Shown: piece after piece, positions 9,385-16,659 of the stretch
Position numbering within the stretch: the stretch's first letter is position 1
Layout of the letters: each line of letters starts with the position of its first letter
NCBI GenBank assembly: GCA_964436545.1
Contig: CAYTCJ010000001.1
Coordinates: 14,392-78,391 of the forward strand
Direction of reading: 5' to 3'
DNA length: 64,000 bases
Source of the DNA: an uncultured Candidatus Saccharibacteria bacterium
GTDB lineage: Bacteria > Patescibacteriota > Doudnabacteria > UBA920
Notes under the pieces: model-generated
The model's database searches: none
What the model saw: only the letters and a program-made list of their open reading frames with translations
Told to the model about the DNA's origin: nothing
Program-made: the position numbers and the translations under genes

Positions 9385-10053
9385 ATGATTATTTTTAAGT
9401 ATTCTAAACAACAACACAACCAAATAATCCAAGCCAGTGTGAAAGCTTTAAAACAAGGTAAAATTATAGTTTACCCGACTGATACTTGTTATGGTTTGGC
9501 AGTGGATGTGAGCCGGCTTCAGGCCATAAAACAACTTTACAAATTAAAAGGTAGAAATTTTAACAAACCCAGTTCCGTGGTGGTGCCGAGTTTGGCTTAT
9601 GCAAAAAAAATTGTGCAGTGGGGTAGTGAGGCACAGAAATTGGCAAAAAAGTTTTGGCCGGGAGCTATAACTTTGGTTTGCTCCCTCACCCTACCCTTTC
9701 CCTCTAGGGGAGAGGGGAGAGGGTTTAGAATTCTAACCGCAAAGACAAATTTTTTAGGTTTAAGACTGCCAAAAAATAGACTCGCTCTCGATTTAGCCAA
9801 AGGCTTAAAAAAGCCCATTACCGCAACTTCTGCCAATTTGGCGGGAAAAAGTGAGTGTTATTCAGTAGATGAAATTGTTCAACAATTTCAGCATCAAAAA
9901 ATTAAACCCGATATTATTATTGACGCTGGCAAATTACCTTTCCAAAAGCCATCTACTTTGGTAAAGCTGGAACATTCCGGTCAAGTATCCATAATTAGAC
10001 AAGGGCCCATTACTCAGTCACAAATTAAAAAAATTATAAACGCTAAACGCTAA
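9385..10053 (+). CDS. tsaC: Threonylcarbamoyl-AMP synthase (TsaC/Sua5/YrdC)
   Basis: YPTDTCYGL, KGRNFNKP, WPGAIT, TATSAN and PST motifs; ATG at 9385 preferred over the TTG start. Confidence 0.93.
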   Translation: MIIFKYSKQQHNQIIQASVKALKQGKIIVYPTDTCYGLAVDVSRLQAIKQLYKLKGRNFNKPSSVVVPSLAYAKKIVQWGSEAQKLAKKFWPGAITLVCSLTLPFPSRGEGRGFRILTAKTNFLGLRLPKNRLALDLAKGLKKPITATSANLAGKSECYSVDEIVQQFQHQKIKPDIIIDAGKLPFQKPSTLVKLEHSGQVSIIRQGPITQSQIKKIINAKR

Positions 10054-10072
10054 ACGCTACTCACTCATTATT

Positions 10073-11221
10073 ATGCTTTTAAATTTTCATTTATCCAATT
10101 ACTTTACCAAGCAAGTGAGAGAAGAGATTGGCGAATTGTATGCTCATTCCGCCATAGCTAATTTGGCCGGCTCTATGATGTTATTATTTGAGCCGATTTT
10201 TCTTTATGCGGTTTTAGATTTTTCTGTGGAAGAGGTTTTGTTGTTTACTGCACTGGTTTACGCAGTCTATATCCTCTGCATTCCTTTGGGAGGTAAGTCC
10301 GCCAGTCTGTTTGGTTATAAACATACCATTGCTTTAAGTGTGCCTTTCCAAATTATTTATTGGATGTTATTAATTGTCTCTCAGCAGGGGGTGGGTTTTG
10401 CTTATTTGGCGGCGGTTTTTTATGGATTGTCTAAAACTTTTTATTGGCCGGGTTTTCATTCTTTAATGGCCCGCTATTCGGACAAGGGTCAAGTGGGTAG
10501 GGAATTTGGCGCTGTGTATTCTTTAATTAGTTTAACTTTTATTGCCGGACCGTTTTTAGCCGGTTTTTTGTCTAAGCATTTTGGTTTTACCATTACTTTT
10601 GTGATTACTGCCATTATTTACGCCTTTAGTTTAGTGCCACTGTTTAGAGTTAAAGAAAGTTTTACGCCCAAAGAATATTTTTATAAAGATACTTGGGAAT
10701 TATTCCGCAGTTATCCCAAAAAGTTTTTAGGTTATTTGGGTTTTGGGGAAGAGTTGTTGGTTTTGAATATTTGGCCAATTTTTATTTATTTAATCGTGAA
10801 AGATTTTGAAAAGGCCGGGGGTTTAGCTACTATTGCCAGTTTAATTGCCGCCATTTTGGCTTTAATTATTGGGAAAGTTACGGACCAGTATTCTAAACGG
10901 GTATTAATTCGTTTAGGTGCTTTTTTTACAGCTTTGGTGTGGTTAATGCGGACCATTGCTACTAATTTTTGGAATACTTTTTTTGTTGACGCCTTGTCTA
11001 GAACCAGTAAAGAGATGGCCTTTATTCCCATTTCCACAGTTACCTACATTCGCGCGCAAAATATTCATGTGGTGCCCTATGTGGTTTTTTTTGAACAAAG
11101 TTTAGCCATTGGTAAATTAATAGCTTGTATTTTAGGGATTATTTTGTTTAGCTTAACCGGCAGTTTTGTGGTATTATTTGTGCTGGGTGCCGTATTTAGC
11201 TTATTGTATATGTTTGTGTAA
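10073..11221 (+). CDS. MFS transporter
   Basis: About 12 hydrophobic segments; GKVTDQYSKR loop resembling MFS motif A. Confidence 0.85.
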   Translation: MLLNFHLSNYFTKQVREEIGELYAHSAIANLAGSMMLLFEPIFLYAVLDFSVEEVLLFTALVYAVYILCIPLGGKSASLFGYKHTIALSVPFQIIYWMLLIVSQQGVGFAYLAAVFYGLSKTFYWPGFHSLMARYSDKGQVGREFGAVYSLISLTFIAGPFLAGFLSKHFGFTITFVITAIIYAFSLVPLFRVKESFTPKEYFYKDTWELFRSYPKKFLGYLGFGEELLVLNIWPIFIYLIVKDFEKAGGLATIASLIAAILALIIGKVTDQYSKRVLIRLGAFFTALVWLMRTIATNFWNTFFVDALSRTSKEMAFIPISTVTYIRAQNIHVVPYVVFFEQSLAIGKLIACILGIILFSLTGSFVVLFVLGAVFSLLYMFV

Positions 11222-11268
11222 AAACGCGGATTTTGCGCTGATATTAACGCGGATTAGCGCTAATAAGC
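11222..11268. repeat. Left arm of the inverted repeat flanking the GxxExxY gene (ACGCGGAT / CGCTGAT units)
   Basis: aaacgcggattttgcgctgatattaacgcggattagcgct is complementary to units at 11645-11675. Confidence 0.8.
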
Positions 11269-11270
11269 AT

Positions 11271-11654
11271 ATGAAGTTATTATATGAAAAAGAATCCTAC
11301 GAAATCCGAGGCGCTTGTTTTAAAATTTGGAAGGAATTTGGAAACGCATATAAAGAATCAGTAGTGGATAAAGCGCTTACCTTGGAGCTTTTAACAAGGG
11401 GTTTGCAAGTTAGTGAACAAAAAAGAATTAATATTTACTATAATGATAAAAAAGTTGGTACTTATGTGCCAGATAAAGTGGTAAATGAAATTATTATTAT
11501 TGAGTTAAAGACCAAACCTTTTTTAACTCAAGGCGATATTAAACAGTTATGGCACTACTTGAAAGGTTCGAATTACAAATTAGGTTTTTTAGTTAACTTC
11601 GGAGATAAACTTGAAATTAAACGTATTGTTTACGACACGGCACGCTCTGCGTAA
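11271..11654 (+). CDS. GxxExxY family protein (PD-(D/E)XK nuclease fold)
   Basis: LLYEKESYEIRGACF...GNAYKESV...YVPDKVV..IIIELKT...QLWHYLK...GFLVNFG, the typical ~127 aa family pattern. Confidence 0.9.
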   Translation: MKLLYEKESYEIRGACFKIWKEFGNAYKESVVDKALTLELLTRGLQVSEQKRINIYYNDKKVGTYVPDKVVNEIIIIELKTKPFLTQGDIKQLWHYLKGSNYKLGFLVNFGDKLEIKRIVYDTARSA

Positions 11655-11675
11655 GATCCGCGTAGTAATCAGCGA
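11645..11675. repeat. Right arm of the inverted repeat flanking the GxxExxY gene (ATCCGCGT / ATCAGCG units)
   Basis: tctgcgtaagatccgcgtagtaatcagcg. Confidence 0.8.
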
Positions 11676-11688
11676 GAAATTTATATCT

Positions 11689-12939
11689 ATGCACTATTCA
11701 AACATTCAAGCAGAAGACTTACCTGTTTATGAGATTATTAAACGGGAAGAACAAAGACAAAAAGAGGGGATTGAATTGATTGCCAGTGAAAATTATGTAT
11801 CCAAAGCCGTGCTGGAGGCCATGGGGAGTATTTTAACTAACAAATATTCGGAAGGATATGTGGGCAAAAGGTATTATGGGGGTAATGAAATTATTGACCA
11901 AGCCGAGGGTTTAGCCATAGACAGAGCTAAACAATTATTTGAGGCAGAGCATGTAAATGTTCAACCATTGTCCGGCAGTCCGGCTAACTTAGCTGTGTAT
12001 ATGGCGTTGTTAAACCCGGGAGATAAAGTGTTGGGTTTTTCTTTGGACCAAGGCGGGCATTTGTCTCATGGTCATCCGTTAAATTTTAGTGGTAAACTTT
12101 ATACCATTGTGCCTTATTTTGCCAGAAAAGATACGGAAATTATTGATATGGATGAAGTAGAAGATATAGCTTTAAAGGAAAAACCAAAAATGATCTTAGC
12201 TGGTTTTAGCGCGTATTCTCGTTCTTTAGAGTGGAAACGTTTTAGAGAAATTGCAGACAAGTGTGGGGCATTGTTATTTGCTGATATTGCTCACATTGCC
12301 GGGTTAATTGCCGGCAAACAGTTAGAAAACCCTGTGCCATATTGCGATGTGGTTTCGACCACAACTCATAAAACTTTAAGAGGCCCTCGGGGTGCCATGA
12401 TTATGTGTAAAGAAAAATTTGCAAGTGCCATAGATAAAGCTGTGTTTCCAGGCGTGCAGGGTGGACCTCATGATCACATTAATGTAGCCAAAGCTATTTG
12501 TTTTGGCGAAGCTTTGCGTTCGGAATTTGTAGAATATTCAAAGCAAGTGATTGTCAATGCTCGTGCGCTTGTTATTGCGCTTCAAACCAAAGGCTACAGG
12601 ATAATTTCAGGTGGAACTGATAACCATCTAATGCTCATAGATTTGTTCGGGAGTAAAAGTATTACTGGCAAAGAAGCAGAAAAAGCTTTGGAGCACGTAG
12701 GAATTAGCATCAATAAAAATATGATTCCGTTTGACCCCAGAAAACCTTTGGACCCTTCGGGGATTCGGTTAGGCACACCGGCTTTAACCACAAGAGGTTG
12801 TAAGGCCACCAATATGCAAACCGTGGCGGATTTAATTGACGTGACCTTAATGCACAAAGACGACCCGATAAAATTAAAAGCCATTCAAGAACAAGTTAAG
12901 GCGTTTGCTTTAAAGTTTCCGGTTCCGGGTATAGAATAA
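11689..12939 (+). CDS. glyA: Serine hydroxymethyltransferase
   Basis: LIASEN, NKYSEGY, GGHLSHG, STTTHKTLRGPRG and SGIRLGT motifs; true start probably MHYSN at 11689. Confidence 0.97.
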   Translation: MHYSNIQAEDLPVYEIIKREEQRQKEGIELIASENYVSKAVLEAMGSILTNKYSEGYVGKRYYGGNEIIDQAEGLAIDRAKQLFEAEHVNVQPLSGSPANLAVYMALLNPGDKVLGFSLDQGGHLSHGHPLNFSGKLYTIVPYFARKDTEIIDMDEVEDIALKEKPKMILAGFSAYSRSLEWKRFREIADKCGALLFADIAHIAGLIAGKQLENPVPYCDVVSTTTHKTLRGPRGAMIMCKEKFASAIDKAVFPGVQGGPHDHINVAKAICFGEALRSEFVEYSKQVIVNARALVIALQTKGYRIISGGTDNHLMLIDLFGSKSITGKEAEKALEHVGISINKNMIPFDPRKPLDPSGIRLGTPALTTRGCKATNMQTVADLIDVTLMHKDDPIKLKAIQEQVKAFALKFPVPGIE

Positions 12940-12953
12940 TTATTTTTTTGGAA

Positions 12954-13520
12954 ATGGACTATTTATTAAATTGGGATAATCAGATTTTCTTGTGGCTGAA
13001 TCAATGGGCTGGGCAAGCCAATTTTACCGATGGGTTAATTCGGTTTTTAGCTCAAGATTTTCCTTATGTGGTAGCCATTGGTTTTATCTTAGTGTGGCTG
13101 TGGCGGGCGGAGGCGCGCCGGATGCTTTTGCAAGGTTTTTTGGCTTTACTGCTAGGCAGAGTAATTTTGGTGGAGATAATTAGACAAATTTTACCTCGGA
13201 GCCGACCTTTTGAAGTTTTGCATGTGGTGCAAATAATTAGTAAAGGCATGGAAAAATCTTTTCCGTCCGGCCACGCCACAGCTTTATTTGCTTTGGCTTT
13301 TTCCGTGTATTTTTATCATAAAAAATGGGGAGCAGGGTTATTGATAATATGTTTTATTTCGGTTTTAGCTCGGGTAATGGCCGGAGTGCATTATTTGTCC
13401 GACATTTTAGCCGGTGTGGCTTTAGGTTGGTTTTCGGCTTGGATAATACATACCTATGCCCATAAAGTAACTGATAGTTTACTGGGTTTTTGGCATAAAC
13501 TTGATTTTTGGCATAAATAA
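12954..13520 (+). CDS. PAP2 family membrane phosphatase (undecaprenyl-PP phosphatase-like)
   Basis: RSRPF, SFPSGH and ARVMAGVHYLSD motifs. Confidence 0.92.
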   Translation: MDYLLNWDNQIFLWLNQWAGQANFTDGLIRFLAQDFPYVVAIGFILVWLWRAEARRMLLQGFLALLLGRVILVEIIRQILPRSRPFEVLHVVQIISKGMEKSFPSGHATALFALAFSVYFYHKKWGAGLLIICFISVLARVMAGVHYLSDILAGVALGWFSAWIIHTYAHKVTDSLLGFWHKLDFWHK

Positions 13521-13541
13521 AATCCCGACAAAGTCGGGATA
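13520..13541. terminator. Hairpin between the convergent PAP2 gene and tRNA-Leu
   Basis: atcccgac-aaa-gtcgggat preceded by an A-tract. Confidence 0.55.
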
Positions 13542-13626
13542 TGGTGGCCGAGGAGGGAGTCGAACCCTCATGAGTTTCCCCGCGCGCTCTTGAGGCGCGT
13601 GCGTCTGCCAGTTCCGCCACTCGGCC
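13542..13626 (-). tRNA. tRNA-Leu(CAA)
   Basis: Reverse complement folds as GGCCGAG...CGCGC-CUCAAGA-GCGCG, long variable arm, GGUUCGACUCC, encoded CCA. Confidence 0.96.
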
Positions 13627-13732
13627 AATTAGTCTATGTATTTTACCAAGCTTTTTGCTTTGCGTAAAGCCTAAAAATTTGGTATGATTTTTTTATTCCT
13701 AACTTAAAGTGAGAAACCAAATTTAAATATTT

Positions 13733-14749
13733 ATGGATACACAAATCAACCCACCTGCTAACCTGCAGTTTAAGGCATTAGACCCAATTGCTCCCGGCGC
13801 GCCTTTTGGTTATGTTGCCAGTCCGTCCTTTGATGCTTCGTTGCCTGTAAATTCGGCTGTAAGTAGTAGCCAGACTTTACCTCTGCATTCGGGAGTAGAT
13901 TCGCCGGAAGCTTTAAAAAGCGACAAGGTTTCCTATGAAGATGCGAGCATTCAAGAAATTGATATCACTAAAATCGTTCCCAATCCGTTCCAGCCCAGAA
14001 AAACTTTTGAGCCCACTGCGCTACAAGAATTAGCCAATTCCATAAAAGAACACGGAGTCATTCAGCCTTTGGTGGTTACAAAAACCTTGAATGGTTATGA
14101 ATTGGTCGTGGGGGAAAGACGCTTTCGGGCTAGCCAACTTGCGGGACTTACTGCAGTGCCGGCTATTATTAAAGAGCAGATGGTAGATCAAACCAAATTG
14201 GAAGTGGCGTTAATAGAAAATATCCAAAGGCAGGAATTAAACCCCATAGAAGAAGCTCAGGCCTATGACCGGTTAATGAAGACTTTTAATTTGACTCAAG
14301 AAGCGGTAGCTAAAAAGGTGGGGAAAAGTCGTCCGGCTGTGGCAAATACCGTGCGGTTACTTAATTTACCGGCAGAAGTGCAAAGAGCGGTAATTGATGG
14401 CAGATTAACCGAAGGTCATGCGCGGGCGCTACTCGGGCTGAATGATCCGGAAAAAATTCTTTTGCTGTATAAAACCGTCATAGAAAAAAAATGGAATGTG
14501 CGGGAAGTGGAAGACAAAGTGCGGGATTTAACTCAGAAAAAACAAGTGGATGCAGTGGCGCCCGATACCAAACTTTTAGCCATGGAAAGCGAATTGCGCA
14601 TAAAACTGGGCACGCAAGTAAAAATTTTGAAACAGGGGAGAGGGGGAAAAATTACCATAGATTTTTATAGCGAAGAAGAATTGAACGAATTAATTCATAA
14701 AATGGCGCAAGCTCAAAATGGTATGGAAGGCGGATATTTGACGGTTTAA
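13733..14749 (+). CDS. parB: ParB/Spo0J chromosome partitioning protein
   Basis: NPFQPR, GVIQPL, GERRFRA, LIENIQR and an HTH (TQEAVAKKVGKSRPAVAN). Confidence 0.95.
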   Translation: MDTQINPPANLQFKALDPIAPGAPFGYVASPSFDASLPVNSAVSSSQTLPLHSGVDSPEALKSDKVSYEDASIQEIDITKIVPNPFQPRKTFEPTALQELANSIKEHGVIQPLVVTKTLNGYELVVGERRFRASQLAGLTAVPAIIKEQMVDQTKLEVALIENIQRQELNPIEEAQAYDRLMKTFNLTQEAVAKKVGKSRPAVANTVRLLNLPAEVQRAVIDGRLTEGHARALLGLNDPEKILLLYKTVIEKKWNVREVEDKVRDLTQKKQVDAVAPDTKLLAMESELRIKLGTQVKILKQGRGGKITIDFYSEEELNELIHKMAQAQNGMEGGYLTV

Positions 14750-14752
14750 TGC

Positions 14753-14884
14753 TTGACCCCGTTAAAAGTCAGTCCCGACGAGTCGGGACTGCTGGCGAGA
14801 TAGCTCGCCAGACTTCTAACAGGGTTGACCCCGTTAAATCCGCCAAAGGCGGAACCGCACAGCGGTTATTTAACTGGGTTGACA
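14753..14884. repeat. Two tandem ACCCCGTTAAA...TAAC(A/T)GGGT palindromic elements, each with internal hairpins
   Basis: 14756-14825 and 14828-14879, each bounded by TTGAC. Confidence 0.8.
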
Positions 14885-14906
14885 ACTTTTTTAAAAGGTT
14901 TATACT
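14879..14906 (+). promoter_or_regulatory. Sigma70-type promoter
   Basis: TTGACA-16 nt-TATACT upstream of the leader ORF. Confidence 0.6.
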
Positions 14907-14922
14907 AATTATAGATACAGCA

Positions 14923-15015
14923 ATGAATACCTTAAATTTAACTAATTTTCCTTCCGTCCGCCCAAGTCTCGTGAAGACTTTTATTTGGCATGCGCGGGGT
15001 TGGAATATGAGGTAG
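14923..15015 (+). CDS. Putative leader peptide, 30 aa (MNTLNLTNFPSVRPSLVKTFIWHARGWNMR)
   Basis: Short ORF between a promoter and a terminator hairpin, with two Trp codons near the C-terminus. Confidence 0.5.
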   Translation: MNTLNLTNFPSVRPSLVKTFIWHARGWNMR

Positions 15016-15043
15016 AATACAGAAAATCTCATAAACCTAAGCC

Positions 15044-15066
15044 AAAACCCCGCAAATAGGGGTTTT
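15044..15066 (+). terminator. Intrinsic terminator or attenuator
   Basis: aaaacccc-gcaaata-ggggtttt. Confidence 0.7.
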
Positions 15067-15119
15067 ATTAATTTGTCATTCGGAACTTGTTTCAGAATCT
15101 AAAGCACATTAAAAATCAA

Positions 15120-15284
15120 AGACATCTTCCCATAATCTGCTTTCAACTGATTTTTTTCACAATTTTGAGCGAAAAACCTGAAGAGGAATGAAAGTGTAGC
15201 CAACGGCTACAGTGAATTCCGATGAAGTTTTTGCAGCCAAAATTTGGAAAAAAGGCTTGAAACTGAGATTATGGGAAGATGTCT
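15120..15284. repeat. 165 nt hairpin, MITE-like element
   Basis: 19 bp perfect terminal inverted repeat agacatcttcccataatct/agattatgggaagatgtct; central gtagc-caacg-gctac. Confidence 0.8.
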
Positions 15285-15291
15285 AATAGCT

Positions 15292-15487
15292 ATTGCTCGC
15301 AGAAATTCATCTTTTCTCTGTCATCCCGACCCGACTTCGCTAAAGCTTCGTCGGGCAAGCCGATTTTAGTAAATTTAGATGAGTGGTTTGCCCACCGTAG
15401 CCTTGGCGAAGGTGGGAGGGATCCCCCCTCTTTTCCAAAGAGGGGGTAGGGGGAGTTAAATGAAAAGGATTAATTTCCGCGAGCAAT
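15292..15487. repeat. Nested pile of palindromic elements
   Basis: Outer IR attgctcgcagaaattcatccttttc/gaaaaggattaatttccgcgagcaat encloses GTCATCCCG, GCTAAAGCTTCG, GCCTTGGCGAAG and CCCCTCT..AGAGGGG units. Confidence 0.8.
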
Positions 15488-15497
15488 CGCAACAGTA

Positions 15498-15641
15498 TGA
15501 GGTAGTCAAGCAATCTTACCGGATTGTTTGAGTGATAGCGTAAAGTTTGTTGAAGATATATTCCGCAATTATAGGAAAAAAAACTTCAACAGATTGCTAT
15601 CATAGGAAGGCACCGAACAACCTTCTATTCTACCTCATCCA
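15498..15641 (+). ncRNA. Candidate tRNA-like four-way-junction RNA ending in CCA
   Basis: UGAGGUAG/CUACCUCA closing stem followed by U-CCA; three internal helices readable by eye; non-canonical D and T loops. Confidence 0.4.
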
Positions 15642-15645
15642 ATTT

Positions 15646-15731
15646 GGCGGTCCCTGCAAAGGGCAAAGAGAAAGTTGGCCACTTGTGGGCTAATAATTAT
15701 CTTTGGAGTTGAGCTTTTAGCTCCTCCCGCC
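15646..15731 (+). ncRNA. Second candidate four-way-junction RNA
   Basis: GGCGG/CCGCC closing stem, CCCU-GCAA-AGGG GNRA hairpin, CAAAGA/UCUUUG arm, GAGC/GCUC arm. Confidence 0.35.
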
Positions 15732-15849
15732 TAAAAAGATGGCGGTATTACCGCCCTGACTCGTGTCTGTCGCACGAGCAGTAAGTCCTGCCGTAAAGGT
15801 GGGATGAAAAGAAGCGCGACGACAGCGCGCAAATAAGGAGGTGCTAAAA

Positions 15850-16005
15850 ATGCACACCGAACTTCTCCCGGCGGCGCCCCCGCTCCGACCGGCACCGTCC
15901 ACCCTGCTCGTCCCGCCAATTCCCTCACCCGTCCCGATTCGTTTGCTCCGACGGGAGGAGAAGGAAGAGGCTCACGCCAGAGAGTGGTATGAGCTGAGGT
16001 CGTAG
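15850..16005 (+). CDS. Small Pro-rich hypothetical protein, 51 aa (MHTELLPAAPPLRPAPSTLLVPPIPSPVPIRLLRREEKEEAHAREWYELRS)
   Basis: Perfect TAAGGAGGT Shine-Dalgarno 7 nt upstream of the ATG; GC-rich. Confidence 0.55.
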   Translation: MHTELLPAAPPLRPAPSTLLVPPIPSPVPIRLLRREEKEEAHAREWYELRS

Positions 16006-16130
16006 TGTGGGGCTTTGACAAGGTAAACCTCGCCATTGGCGGGGTTAAAAAGGCCAAATTATAGAGCCTTCCTTGTCACATTGTAGTTTTTTTTGCGAGA
16101 CGGTCAACAGCTGTTCCGTTTCGCACCCAC

Positions 16131-16205
16131 GCCCGCAAGGGCCGTACTTGTAGAGAATCGTTTCATATTTTCATCTTCGATTCCTACAGTGCGGTCCTTG
16201 CGGGC
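16131..16205. repeat. 75 nt imperfect hairpin
   Basis: gcccgcaagggccgtac...gtgcggtccttgcgggc. Confidence 0.7.
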
Positions 16206-16341
16206 ACTGTTTCTTAATTTTTTTTCCGCCCCTTAGTAGGTGGTTTTTTTATTTATAAAAAATGATTATTGTCTTCGATCGTTTATGTCCTGATAGCTTT
16301 AAACTAAAAAAACGACTTAAGTCGTTGGTTAAGCATTTCGT

Positions 16342-16614
16342 TGGTCGGACTGCCGGGAATTCCTGCCTGCCGGCAGGCAGGGAACCCGGTCTATATGCAC
16401 CTTCACCCCGTTAAATATAATTTGTTTTTGGTCGGGATGCTGGGAATCGAACCCAGACTACATCCACCCCATGGACGCGTACTACCACTATACTACATCC
16501 CGAATTAAAACAAATATTCAACGGGGCAAGTGAATGCGCCTGTCCGCCTACTGGCGGATACTACCGGTATATTTATCCCGTAGTCAGTTTACTGTACTAT
16601 GGGACTACAGTCAG
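16342..16614 (-). pseudogene. tRNA-Pro remnant interrupted by four palindromic insertions
   Basis: Removing 16362-16381, ~16405-16527, 16539-16558 and 16572-16604 leaves a tRNA-Pro-like body (..GUAGUAUACCGGUAGUAC..CCGGGUUCAAUUCCCGGCAGUCCGACCA). Confidence 0.8.
16429..16502 (-). tRNA. tRNA-Pro(GGG)
   Basis: CGGGAUG...CGUCC-AUGGGGU-GGAUG...GGUUCGAUUCC CAUCCCG ACCA, 74 nt. Confidence 0.95.
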
Positions 16615-16659
16615 TTATTGCAATGAATTATATAGAATTATCAGTTTTTGTCAAAGTTA

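Noticed and set aside
13733-14749. parS site or replication origin near parB
   Set aside because: No TGTTTCACGTGAAACA-like palindrome or DnaA-box cluster was seen, and parA is not adjacent.
14749-14922. N-terminal part of the 88 aa ORF (MLDPVKS..VDPVKS) and its antisense ORF
   Set aside because: These are translations of two tandem palindromic elements and a promoter; only the last 30 codons look like a real peptide.
15498-15731. tmRNA, RNase P or SRP RNA
   Set aside because: No tmRNA alanine acceptor or T-loop, no RNase P GAGGAAAGUCC core, and no SRP domain IV motif was recognisable.
15731-16057. Minus-strand ORFs in the GC-rich patch
   Set aside because: No RBS or recognisable motif; the plus-strand 51 aa ORF has a perfect SD.
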